From positions 100,383-164,382 of the forward strand of contig OZ242191.1 in NCBI GenBank assembly GCA_965205915.1: a stretch of DNA of 64,000 nucleotides. Reading direction: 5' to 3'. Positions 45,401-53,937 of the stretch are shown one piece after another. The notes below the pieces were generated by a model. It searched no databases, was not told where the DNA came from, and saw only the letters and a list, made by a program, of their open reading frames with translations. The stretch's first letter is position 1. Each line of letters starts with the position of its first letter. This DNA comes from Dehalococcoidia bacterium (GTDB lineage: Bacteria; Chloroflexota; Dehalococcoidia; UBA6926). The position numbers and the translations under genes were made by a program.

Positions 45401-47236
45401 GATATCCGCGTCATCATCAGCAATCCACCCTGGTCCAGTGGGCAGGGTAGCTACGAGGACGACAACGCGAACCGGCGCTACGCCACACTGGACGACAGGA
45501 TTGCCCGCAGCTACGTCGCGCCGTCGGACTCCAAGGGATTGAAGAGCTCCCTCTACGACTCGTATGTGCGTGCGATCCGGTGGGCCTCAGACCGGGTGCA
45601 GACAGGCGATGGCGGCATCGTCGGCTTCGTTACCAACAGCGGTTTTCTCGACGGCAAGAGTTCCGACGGCTTCCGCAAGACACTCGCGAAGGAGTTCCAC
45701 GAGGTCTACGTTTACGACCTGCGGGGGAATCAGCGCACGTCGGGGGGAACCTCACAGATGGAGGGCGGCAAGGTGTTCGGCAGCGGCAGCCGCGCCGGTG
45801 TGGCCGTCCTCCTGCTGGTGAAGCGGCCAGGACCCGTCACAGGGCTTGCAGCCATCCACTATTACGACATCGGTGACTACCTCTCACGCGAGCAGAAGCT
45901 GGAGGTCGTTGGCAAGGCGCGGTTAGACGAGATCGAGTGGGCAGACGTCACACCGAATGATCAGGGCGACTGGATCAACCAGCGCAGCGACGCCTATCTT
46001 GGTCTGCGTCCAGTCGCGGTCATTCAGAGTGAAGGGGCTATCCCATCCCTGACACCTCTATTTGAGTCTTCATCATTTGGGGTCACCTCTCGCCGCGATG
46101 CTTGGGTCTTCAACTCCTCCGGCGGTAGGTTGCGTGAACTGGTCGAACGGCAAGTGGCGTTCTACAACGAACAGGTTAAGGCGTTGCAGGGCGGTGCGGA
46201 CGCAGTGGAGAGCGCCCCGATGCAGTTCAAGTGGGACCTCGCTGCCGAGCAGCGAGCAAGAAGAGGTCTTTTGGCAGAGATGCGGCCGTTGGGGTTCCGG
46301 TCCGCCATCTATCGACCCTTCTTCCGCCAGCACTATTATATGGATCGCGTGCTCACAAGCGCGCTCTCCCAGATTCCGAAGTACTTCCCCACGCCAGACA
46401 TCCGCAATCCCTCCATCGTTGTGGAGCGTGGGCTTCCTGCGCCTGGGAGAACTATCGCGATTCTCGCTACCGATGCCGTTCCGAGTGACAAGGTAGGTTC
46501 TGGCGCATCTGGTCGCGCTTGTCAAGCTCTCCCTCGCTATACATATGACGAGCCGTCGGATGCTCAGCAGGGGGCGCTGCTGACGGACGAACCGAGCCGG
46601 CGCGACAACATCACCGACGAAGCCTTGGACGCCTACCGCGCCCGCTACGGGGAGTGGGTGTCCAAGAACCACATCTTCTCCTACGTCTACGGCATTCTGC
46701 ACTCGCCGGACTACCGCCAGCGCTACGCGGACGATCTCGCCAAGCTATTGCCGCGCATCCCCGAAGTGGCAACGGCCGAGGCCTTCCGTGCATTCTCAGA
46801 TGCAGGGCAGCGGCTCCTCGACCTGCACATCGGCTATGAAGAGGCCGCGCCGTACCCCCTAGAAGAGCGGCTGGCGCCGCGCGCCCCCGATGGACCAGAG
46901 TGCTACCGATTGCTGAAGATGCGCTGGGCGGGGACGTCGAAAGCCCAAGATCGTTCGACAATCGTTTACAACGACTGGATCACGCTGGCAGGGATACCCG
47001 ACGAAGCTCATGAATATGTCGTCGGGCCGCGCTCTGCGCTGGCTTGGCTGATGGATCGCTACCGGGTGAGAACTGACAAGGCTAGCGGGATCGTTAACGA
47101 CCCGAACGACTGGGGAGCCGAAATAGACAATCCCCGCTATATCATCGACTTGGTGAAGCGGGTAACGACGGTGAGTGTAGAGACGGTGGCTATTGTGAAG
47201 ACCCTGCCGCCACTTGAAGAAGCCACCCACACTTAG
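42473..47236 (+). CDS. Type ISP restriction-modification enzyme (Mrr nuclease + SF2 helicase + N6-MTase + TRD)
   Basis: GIDIVA..AIQCK, MACGTGKT, DEAH, MTAT, DVVQAVGRVMR, DPFVGTGTF, NPPW; 1587 aa. Confidence 0.93.
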   Translation: MSGFADVYQRLCERYPNPQDRGRAFEPLAKKVLMTAPTYRERFAKVWRWSEWPGHDSGDIGIDIVAERHDGGLVAIQCKSLDRISKRDIDSFLADSQRQPSGAPYVERYIFTTATEWSDNAEIALSRIDPPVQRVDFFGLDGLSIDWTPYLENEDADLRPLPRKQLRSHQSNAVDDVLNGFKANDRGKMIMACGTGKTLTALRIAEQVAGSGGRVLFAAPSLSLLAQSMREWGADAEVPLRAYAVCSDIKVGSSDGDSTRAYDMPIPATTNAVRLTESASTETSEQMTVVFSTYQSMKVIADAQKQGLPEFDLVVCDEAHRTTGALRADEDSSFLLVHDSQHVKASKRLYMTATTRIYLEAAQLKAKEENIYVATMDNEEQYGPEFHRLSFAKAVEADLLSDYKVTILVMSESQIARDYQRLLGEGEKLADVGRVIGCLNGLAKIDPESQEFADDPDPMHRAVAFSNTIAASKRFVELVGLEQDDEAREARNLAIEGSHVDGKSGVLERDRKLSWLRDDMTMDQRCHVLSNARCLTEGIDVPALDAILFLQPRKSHIDVVQAVGRVMRKAPGKQYGYIILPVVVPSGDDPERALDRNDAYSHVWQVLQALRAHDERFDAYVNRLDLNKRNDGPISVIGVRSNESNGDETDQVGVRDQAAGYVSQALLDLEMDTLRTAIFAQIVKRVGERRYWEKWADSVTDIARRHDERIRALIESPDGGVSKRFNEFVAALRHNLNDSISRDDAAAMLSQHLITKPVFDALFGGQEFTERNPVSRVMQHMVDELAGYGLEAETAELEEFYASVRRRVEGIDNAEGKQRIVVELYERFFKVAYPKVAESLGIVYTPVEIVDFIIRSVQTLLRHEFDASLSDEGVHVLDPFVGTGTFITRLLQSGFIDRNALLRKYASELHANDIMLLAYYIAAVNIETTYAEIAGEYQPFEGIVLTDTFQASEVGDQRDMTFFPRNNARIERQLALDIRVIISNPPWSSGQGSYEDDNANRRYATLDDRIARSYVAPSDSKGLKSSLYDSYVRAIRWASDRVQTGDGGIVGFVTNSGFLDGKSSDGFRKTLAKEFHEVYVYDLRGNQRTSGGTSQMEGGKVFGSGSRAGVAVLLLVKRPGPVTGLAAIHYYDIGDYLSREQKLEVVGKARLDEIEWADVTPNDQGDWINQRSDAYLGLRPVAVIQSEGAIPSLTPLFESSSFGVTSRRDAWVFNSSGGRLRELVERQVAFYNEQVKALQGGADAVESAPMQFKWDLAAEQRARRGLLAEMRPLGFRSAIYRPFFRQHYYMDRVLTSALSQIPKYFPTPDIRNPSIVVERGLPAPGRTIAILATDAVPSDKVGSGASGRACQALPRYTYDEPSDAQQGALLTDEPSRRDNITDEALDAYRARYGEWVSKNHIFSYVYGILHSPDYRQRYADDLAKLLPRIPEVATAEAFRAFSDAGQRLLDLHIGYEEAAPYPLEERLAPRAPDGPECYRLLKMRWAGTSKAQDRSTIVYNDWITLAGIPDEAHEYVVGPRSALAWLMDRYRVRTDKASGIVNDPNDWGAEIDNPRYIIDLVKRVTTVSVETVAIVKTLPPLEEATHT

Positions 47237-47253
47237 GAAAGACAATTGGGGAC

Positions 47254-48285
47254 ATGAGCCGAGATTTTGCCTTCTACTATCCTAGTCAGTATTGGCGAGA
47301 CGTCAACTGGATCAAGAACCTCATCCTCTTCTTCGATGGAGTTGCGATGTTGATTCCAGAATACATGAGCGACCATGGCAGTTTCGAGGACTACCCGATC
47401 ATTGCTTCCCTGAGGGAACACGGGTTGTTTCGTATCATTCGCCCAGAAGAGAGCATTGGCAAAAAGGAGACTGAGGAGCTTGCGAAAGCTCTCGCCGAAA
47501 TAATCGCTTCAGGAGGATTGGACCAGCTAACTAAAGAGTCGCGCCAGGGAGTAGACCACTCTAGCTTCGGAACCTTGTCAATGTCGAGACTCGGATACCA
47601 CGGTGACGAGAAACTTGCCGAATCCATCGTCCAAGAGCTGCAAGCTCGTGGTCTGGCCCGTGATACCGAGGATGGAGTTTCTATCCCGATGCACAGGACT
47701 GCACGGGCGCTAATCCTAGTCTTGCTCGCTCAAATCCTGAGGTCACAGGGAGAGAGCATGGGTGTGACCCTTTCGCCAGCAACTGACCAGTGGCATTTCG
47801 TTGAGGCTTTGAAGGAGCTCATTTCTATTGAGAATTCTCCAGCACCGTCAATTGGAGACATTGTTTCCTTTGACATGTCCATGGTTGGCGTAGACCTAGC
47901 TGGCGTTCCAATGGACGAGGTACTGGATTTTCGGAGACAGAATTACTCTCAACATCGGAGGTACAGCCTATCTGTTCGTAACTTCGCGCGAGAGTTGAGC
48001 CTCATGCCACTTGAAGAGCGCGAAACTGTGATTGAGCAACGTCAGGAGGAACTCGACGAGGTTGCCCGTGCAATCAGGAGCGCAGGTCGAAAGGCTTGGG
48101 GAAGGCCAATTTCATTCGCCATCAGCCTAGCCGGCGCAGCTTGGACGTTGCAAAGTGGGGAACCCACGGGGGCGGCAATCGCGGCGACAGGTGGAGGTGC
48201 CGGGTTTCTGTTTTCTAGGGCGGACAAATCGCAAGAAGTTGATGTCTATTCGTATCTCTTTTCTGCACGGAGATCACTTTATTGA
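47254..48285 (+). CDS. Hypothetical protein, possibly DUF6236-like, with C-terminal hydrophobic hairpin
   Basis: AFYYPSQYW...WIKNLILFFDGVAMLIP; C-terminal ISFAISLAGAAW...GAAIAATGGGAGFLF. Family name is from recall only. Confidence 0.55.
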   Translation: MSRDFAFYYPSQYWRDVNWIKNLILFFDGVAMLIPEYMSDHGSFEDYPIIASLREHGLFRIIRPEESIGKKETEELAKALAEIIASGGLDQLTKESRQGVDHSSFGTLSMSRLGYHGDEKLAESIVQELQARGLARDTEDGVSIPMHRTARALILVLLAQILRSQGESMGVTLSPATDQWHFVEALKELISIENSPAPSIGDIVSFDMSMVGVDLAGVPMDEVLDFRRQNYSQHRRYSLSVRNFARELSLMPLEERETVIEQRQEELDEVARAIRSAGRKAWGRPISFAISLAGAAWTLQSGEPTGAAIAATGGGAGFLFSRADKSQEVDVYSYLFSARRSLY

Positions 48286-48304
48286 GATTCGAGTGAAGCA
48301 AGCT

Positions 48305-49000
48305 ATGACGACCATTGCAGGACCGGGCAAAGAGGTGTCAGAGAAATCGCTGGAGTTGAATGTTTGCGCAGAACTCCTTCAGCACATTAGATCGTGGCCT
48401 GGTTGCGAAAAGGCCTTGTGGCTTGGCTTGACCCAAGCCCAGGAACGTCGCAAAGGGATAGACGAGCTGATTCGGAACGTGGGACCGGGTTTCGCATTGA
48501 TGCTGCAATTCAAGGCTCCTTGGCCAACCTCGGTTGTGGACGACCTCTACAAGTTCAGCATTAATGAGAGACAGCACGAAGCCCTTGAGCAGCTCTCTGG
48601 CAAATACCCAGATGCCGTGCATTATGTGTTTCCGCTCTACAGCAAATGGCAAAAGGCAGACCAGCATGCACCTGATCTTGCTCAAGATACGTGGCTTGTT
48701 CCCGTGTCATCCATGCCTCTCACTTCTCTAACATCACTATCAACACCTTCATCCGGTCGACACCGAGTGGAACTAGAGCGCGTCAACTCGCGAATAACCG
48801 TGACGGCCTACTCCCCAGAGACCATGGGTAAGGCGGTCAACGCTAAGGAATACTTCGTGGAGAGGAGTCGACAATCGCTGAATGCAAGGCCGTCCGGCGT
48901 GACGTCTGACGCCTTAAGGGAGTGGATTGGGGGGGCGGACGAGAAGAGCTTCGCCCTGCGCTACAGAGGCCTGAATGTTTTTTACGTACCCCGAGGCTAA
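48305..49000 (+). CDS. Hypothetical PD-(D/E)xK-fold nuclease
   Basis: SEKSLE...ERRKGID.....LMLQFK, an E...D...QxK arrangement. Confidence 0.6.
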   Translation: MTTIAGPGKEVSEKSLELNVCAELLQHIRSWPGCEKALWLGLTQAQERRKGIDELIRNVGPGFALMLQFKAPWPTSVVDDLYKFSINERQHEALEQLSGKYPDAVHYVFPLYSKWQKADQHAPDLAQDTWLVPVSSMPLTSLTSLSTPSSGRHRVELERVNSRITVTAYSPETMGKAVNAKEYFVERSRQSLNARPSGVTSDALREWIGGADEKSFALRYRGLNVFYVPRG

Positions 49001-49105
49001 GGTTTCAACTACCTCTGTTAGGGCACAACAGATAGGATCGAAGACTTATGGGACCCTCCCAAATCGATCTACATCTCGAAGATGGTTCTGTCTATCGTCA
49101 AAATA

Positions 49106-49420
49106 GGCCAGCCACGCATCATCCGTCTAGGGCTTTACCTCCACGACGCCACGCTCCGGGGTTTAGCCTTCAATCGGGTTTCTCTTGCGGGTTTGCTTGG
49201 CGGCATATAGGCCGAGATCGGGGTGGTCAGCGCCGGATTGCCCAAGTTCCGTGACGCAAGAGACCTTGGGCCGGAGGGTGTCGCCGATGGCGTTCAGCAG
49301 ATTGTTGAGCGGCGGGTAGTAGGAACCTTCAGGCTTCGCGCCGCCGAACGCGCGGATGCGTCGCAGGTCCGCGAAGTATGCCTCAACGGCGGAGCGGAGT
49401 TTGGATGTGTCTATAGGCAT
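49106..49420 (-). pseudogene. N-terminal remnant of a type ISP/IIG-like RM gene
   Basis: EGSYYPPLNNLL...HPDLGLY; the frame continues through stops as EG*TPERGVVEVKP*TDDAWLA (PD...EVK motif). Confidence 0.75.
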
Positions 49421-49486
49421 GGCTCTACTTCAATTCTAAGGCACATGGCAGGTGCAAGACCTCTTGAGGTAGCTGGTGAGTCAGAT

Positions 49487-49954
49487 TCAACTCTTGAACG
49501 CGCTAGTTAAAAGACTCTCGCACCTCACCGCTTTAATGGGGACTTCGCGAGTCCTATACCGCACTTTGCTCGCACGGAGGTCATTTATTTCTTTGCGGTG
49601 TCCGCCGTTGTGTGCGACAATTGGACGAAATATAACTTCGGCATCGCGGGAAATCAAGCTGGTGGCGATTTGCGCGCCTGCCTGGAGTTGCCTCACGACC
49701 GCACTAGCGTCTAATCTGCCAGCCTTTAGTTCAATTGCTGCTACCCAGTACTCTTCGGCGATAAACAGGAAGTCGCACTTGGTGTCTTGAGGCCCCACTG
49801 GTGCGTCTTCATGGTCTAGATCAAGAATTAGGCGTGGAGACGGAGCAGAAGTTAACCTAAGGAAGCACCCGCCCTTGCGGAGACGTGTAACTAGGCACGC
49901 GGATTGCCCGCGTGATCGCATTTTGTCGTTTACGTATCCTACTAGGTCAGCCAT
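49487..49954 (-). CDS. Small PD-(D/E)xK-fold protein coupled to the ATPase
   Basis: KCDFLFI...VAAIELKAG; ATG overlaps the ATPase stop (ATGGCTGA). Confidence 0.7.
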   Translation of the reverse strand: MADLVGYVNDKMRSRGQSACLVTRLRKGGCFLRLTSAPSPRLILDLDHEDAPVGPQDTKCDFLFIAEEYWVAAIELKAGRLDASAVVRQLQAGAQIATSLISRDAEVIFRPIVAHNGGHRKEINDLRASKVRYRTREVPIKAVRCESLLTSAFKS

Positions 49955-51539
49955 CCGGCCCGGTCTCGTCAATTCGTTGATTGATTGTCACCCAACGGTC
50001 ATAGAGATCCTCGGTGACAAGGCCATAGCCCGTCTCGTATGAACCCCTTTGTATGTCAAGCGGCATTTCAGCGACTATTGACCCCTTTCGACCGTTACCT
50101 TGCTGGAACAACCATGCTCCAACCTGGTCCTGCTTCAGAGCTGCACCTGCTCCCGCGATGCCTTCCCGCTTATCTTCCGGCAAGTCAGATAGCCGTACCA
50201 AGTTGGCTAGTTCTTCAAGTACCCACTCGCTGTGGGTAGTCAAGATGATGCGGACTCCAGCCTGTACCACCCGGGAAAGCTGGCGGAGCATTTCCACCTG
50301 CATGGCTGGGTGCAAGTGAGATTCCGGTTCCTCAATGATAAGAACCTCGCCTGGCTTTACCACATTTCGCAAATACAGGACAATTGGAGCCAACTCGGTG
50401 ACCATGGACGAAGCCGACATCAGGGGCACGTCAGAGTCCCAACCCGTCGGTCTGTACGAATACACTGGATAGCCTGTCGACGAAACCTCTCGTCGTACTG
50501 CACCCCGGAGAATCTCTTCTTGGATTCGTGCGGTCACCTCAGCCCTTAAGTCCCCTAGGGCGGTATCTCGACTCCTGCTTCTGCGCAACGGCGCATCTTC
50601 CATGTTGAGTAGCTGTTCGAGAAAATCGGCGAGAACGCCGGACAATGTTGGCAGCGCAGCCTCGCGGTCAATTCCAGCGCGAGAGGCCTTCCGGTACAAA
50701 GAACTTACTACTACACGGTGTGCGTGCATAATTCCGGCGCGATCTGCTGGCAGATAGTACGCACCTGCTGTCAACGGGTCGAAAACATGGGCCCCTACCA
50801 TGTCGGTCAGTTCTGCAAGATATCGCCTTAGTATGTGGGTATTCTCTTGGTCGTCATTGCCCCGAAGGAACCGCAAGGGCAGCGAGCGAAATAGGGGCAC
50901 GCCTTCCCGAGTCGCATTACTCGGTCGACCACGGACAGCATTGAGTTCGTCCAAAATCGTGGCAGACATTTCAACCGAGTCATCCCCCAAAAGGATCTCA
51001 TATGAGTAGCCCTCATCAGATCGGGTGGGATCCTGAAAAGACCGGCCTACCGTCACACTTGTGGGCGATTTACCTCTATGCCTCTTGAGGCTCGCCAAAT
51101 CTTCCGCTCCAAAGGCGCGAACCATCTCGAGTCCTAGATCCTCCTCTAGAAGTGGCAAATTTCGGAGGCTGGGCTGCACCAGGTTCCGTGCAACCCTCTC
51201 TGGAATGACCACCTCGCTAATATCATTGCCCTCCGTCATCGACTCGCGAAGCATATGAGACAAGCCAACGGTATCCGAGGGTTCGTGGCTGAGCAGGGTT
51301 CCGAAGACTGACGCCCTTCTAATCCCTTGGCGGAGTGTCCTGCCTTCGAAGTCACCACTAAAAAACTTGTGGAGGGCGTAGATCAATATCGCCAAATAAG
51401 ACTTGCCGGTATTGCTCGGACCCACAAAGACGGTGAGTGGACGGAGGTCAATGCTGGCCCGCTCTATCGGGCCAAAGTTGGCAACGTCCAGCGTGAGATT
51501 CTTAAACTCGGGCGTTTCCGCCACATCCTTGGTCTCCAT
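49947..51539 (-). CDS. ABC-type ATPase (AAA_15/AAA_21, AbiEii/OLD-like)
   Basis: NFGPI, VGPSNTGKS, ASSMVTE, LIIEEPESHLHP, LTTHS. Confidence 0.9.
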   Translation of the reverse strand: METKDVAETPEFKNLTLDVANFGPIERASIDLRPLTVFVGPSNTGKSYLAILIYALHKFFSGDFEGRTLRQGIRRASVFGTLLSHEPSDTVGLSHMLRESMTEGNDISEVVIPERVARNLVQPSLRNLPLLEEDLGLEMVRAFGAEDLASLKRHRGKSPTSVTVGRSFQDPTRSDEGYSYEILLGDDSVEMSATILDELNAVRGRPSNATREGVPLFRSLPLRFLRGNDDQENTHILRRYLAELTDMVGAHVFDPLTAGAYYLPADRAGIMHAHRVVVSSLYRKASRAGIDREAALPTLSGVLADFLEQLLNMEDAPLRRSRSRDTALGDLRAEVTARIQEEILRGAVRREVSSTGYPVYSYRPTGWDSDVPLMSASSMVTELAPIVLYLRNVVKPGEVLIIEEPESHLHPAMQVEMLRQLSRVVQAGVRIILTTHSEWVLEELANLVRLSDLPEDKREGIAGAGAALKQDQVGAWLFQQGNGRKGSIVAEMPLDIQRGSYETGYGLVTEDLYDRWVTINQRIDETGPDG

Positions 51540-51574
51540 GCGGCCATTATACTTGGATAAGCCGACATGACCCA

Positions 51575-52528
51575 TCACAAGAATTCAAACTTCGCCCGCT
51601 CCAACTGCGGCCTGATGGCCACTCGGTTCTCCAGAGGCACAGCGACAGCGACCACCTTGGCCACTTGGCCGTGCCAGATTACCGGTCTCGCGGCTACTGC
51701 GATCGGGCGCTGTGGGATTGAGCCACAAGATCGTGGGTTACCGTGTGGTCCCGGCTGGCAGCGGGATTCGGCGTAGGCAGGCCGTCCGCTTTCGATGACG
51801 TGGTAAGCGAGCGAGCCCGGTCGCGGCAGGGTACCACGGATCGGTTGCCCACCTCTGTTACCGCTTAACAAGTGGTCTCTTCTCGCGCCGAATCCCTCGG
51901 TGTTTCTGATGACCGTCGCGCGAAACGCGCCAGGCGTCGGACGATCTGGCCATGAGAGCGGGGCGCCATCCGTGCGGCGTTCATACAGGGCGATGAGCAT
52001 TGGCTGTTCTTTCATGACCTCGGCAAGCCTCATCGCCACCGAGGAATATGAACGGCCGTACTGTCTCTGAATCTCAACCACGTCCAGTCCGGAGGCGCGG
52101 GCGACGGCGTGGAACAGGTCGGCGCTCATCATGGTCGCCGCAGCGAATTTGTCCGCGTCCGCACACAGCGTTGTGGAAGTAGGACAGCTGTCGAATATAT
52201 CGGCCAGAGTCTCATGGATAATCTCGTAGGTCTCGTGCAGAAGAGTGTGTTCTTGCGCGCCCTTCCACTGCCCCAACGAGTAGCGGATGTCGTATCCGCC
52301 TTCCGGCGCGCTGAAATGGATACCGCGCAAACCGTGGGGCAACTGTCCACCGCTCACGGTGCCGATACCGCCTTCCTCTAGTAGGCGGGTCAATTCCTCC
52401 CTATCGGGACGATGCGGCAACTGAAAATACTCCCGGAACTTGATAGCGGCCGTTTCAGGTTCAAGCTGCCCTGATGATGCGTTTTCACATGCAAGGAGCC
52501 CGCAGAAGTCACGGAGTGTTCGCATCAA
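51575..52528 (-). CDS. ImmA/IrrE-family metallopeptidase-like protein
   Basis: HTLLHETYE, ADKFAAATMM, YGRSYSSVAMRL HTH, GAF-like C-terminus; ATGA overlap with the upstream XRE gene. Confidence 0.8.
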   Translation of the reverse strand: MMRTLRDFCGLLACENASSGQLEPETAAIKFREYFQLPHRPDREELTRLLEEGGIGTVSGGQLPHGLRGIHFSAPEGGYDIRYSLGQWKGAQEHTLLHETYEIIHETLADIFDSCPTSTTLCADADKFAAATMMSADLFHAVARASGLDVVEIQRQYGRSYSSVAMRLAEVMKEQPMLIALYERRTDGAPLSWPDRPTPGAFRATVIRNTEGFGARRDHLLSGNRGGQPIRGTLPRPGSLAYHVIESGRPAYAESRCQPGPHGNPRSCGSIPQRPIAVAARPVIWHGQVAKVVAVAVPLENRVAIRPQLERAKFEFL

Positions 52529-52932
52529 TCGAGAAGCCTCTTTCCACTGAACCGCTCGTACATTTCGACGATGAACCGCTTGGCATCCATGGACATCGGG
52601 CCGCTCGGACGGGTGCCGAACTTGAATCGAGGATCGGCTAAGACGTACTCAAACGCGCGGCCCACCTCGGCTTCCGGGTCGATTCGCGGATCGGGCACTA
52701 CGTCGTCGCCCAAGCCGGCGCTTCTGACCAAGTCGCGCACGTCGACGTTGTAGAGACCGGCGAGTCGCGTCAGCAATTTCAACCCGGGCTCGCGCATGCC
52801 CCGCTCGACCTCGGACAGGTAGGAAATGCTGATTCCGGTGGCAACGTACACGTCCCTCAGGCTCAGGCCTTCGCGGAGCTTGCGGAGCAAGGGACCCAGC
52901 TCCATTTCGTAGTAGCTCTCTGCTTGCGTCAT
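52525..52932 (-). CDS. XRE-family repressor (ImmR/cI-like)
   Basis: LRKLREGLSLRDV..ATGISISYLSEVERG.REP; SD GAGGTGG. Confidence 0.9.
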   Translation of the reverse strand: MTQAESYYEMELGPLLRKLREGLSLRDVYVATGISISYLSEVERGMREPGLKLLTRLAGLYNVDVRDLVRSAGLGDDVVPDPRIDPEAEVGRAFEYVLADPRFKFGTRPSGPMSMDAKRFIVEMYERFSGKRLLD

Positions 52933-52978
52933 GTTCCACCTCGGTTGTGCTCTTGCCCTGTTCTGAGGGCTGCAAGCA

Positions 52979-53104
52979 ATTGTAGAACGCTTGTGTTATT
53001 TGAGCAAACAATACTGTCCCCGGCCGCCCTCTTTGCTTGGCAAGGAACCGCCAGAACCGTTAGACTCTCGGTAACAGTACGTATGTTCTGTAGTGTTCTA
53101 CAAT
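52979..53104. promoter_or_regulatory. Divergent promoter/operator region
   Basis: Perfect 10-bp inverted repeat ATTGTAGAAC (52979-88) / GTTCTACAAT (53095-104); each copy supplies an outward-facing TACAAT -10. Confidence 0.6.
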
Positions 53105-53127
53105 CCTGGACGCTGGGGGTGTTACCT

Positions 53128-53310
53128 ATGAAGAGCACAACCAAGAAGGAACGGGACCTGACGCCGGAGCAGCAGCAGATCGTCGACGACGGTCTCCGCA
53201 TCCTGGCCCGGATGATCGTTCGGCGGCACATGAAGGAAACGGCTCCGCGAGAGCATCAGGGCGGCGGCCCACCTGAGGCGGACAACACAGTCGACGGAGG
53301 TGCGCGATGA
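53128..53310 (+). CDS. Small hypothetical protein, first gene of the rightward operon
   Basis: MKSTTKKERDLTPEQQQIVDDGLRILARMIVRRH; stop overlaps the next ATG. Confidence 0.65.
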   Translation: MKSTTKKERDLTPEQQQIVDDGLRILARMIVRRHMKETAPREHQGGGPPEADNTVDGGAR

Positions 53311-53555
53311 GACTGCACACGAACCATAACCGTCGGGTCCGCATCAAATCCAATGCAGTTTACGAAATTCTGGATCGCCTGCACATGTCACAGAGCGAAC
53401 TCGCTCGCCAAGCAGGGTTGTCGACCGGCTATGTGTCGCAGGTCATCAGCGGCAAGCGGACGCCCTCTCCGCCCGTCCGGCGCAGGATTCAGACGACGCT
53501 CGGAGTCGACGATTTCGATGAGCTCTTTGAATTGGAGGCTACTCATGGCACGTAA
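53307..53555 (+). CDS. Cro/XRE-like HTH protein
   Basis: MSQSELARQAGLSTGYVSQVISGKRTPS. Confidence 0.88.
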   Translation: MRLHTNHNRRVRIKSNAVYEILDRLHMSQSELARQAGLSTGYVSQVISGKRTPSPPVRRRIQTTLGVDDFDELFELEATHGT

Positions 53556-53937
53556 GTCCGAACCACCTGCAGATCTGATCGTCGCCGACCCGGAGATTCC
53601 CGACGACTTTCGTAGGCGTCTGGAACTCTTTAAGGAGGGTACCGGGCTCACTTGGGAAGGCTTCGCCCAATGCGTAGGTGTTGCCGAGAGGCAAGTGCAG
53701 CGATGGCGTCGTGGATGCGAGCCGAGCGGAGGAAGCATGATGGGTCTCCTTAAGGTGGCGGCTCGCAGGAAGGGTGGACTTCGCCTGTTTCTCGGGGAGC
53801 TGGTGCCGGATGACACGAATATCGTTGCCTCTGGCCGTCCCGCCTCTCAGTCAGGCCGTTCCAGCCGTACTGTCCCCGTGTCGCAGATGCCGCTTCTGCC
53901 CGGCCGACGCACGGAGAAAAGGCCGCAACCTCAATGA
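53545..53937 (+). CDS. HTH protein (paralog 1)
   Basis: PDDFRRRLELFKEGTGLTWEGFAQCVGVAERQVQRWRRGCEP; SD GGAGG. Confidence 0.75.
   Translation: MARKSEPPADLIVADPEIPDDFRRRLELFKEGTGLTWEGFAQCVGVAERQVQRWRRGCEPSGGSMMGLLKVAARRKGGLRLFLGELVPDDTNIVASGRPASQSGRSSRTVPVSQMPLLPGRRTEKRPQPQ

Noticed and set aside
39720-52932. XRE/IrrE pair as a CapH/CapP regulator of this CBASS
   Set aside because: It lies more than 10 kb from the CD-NTase with RM genes between; an ICE switch or control of the adjacent ATPase pair is more parsimonious.
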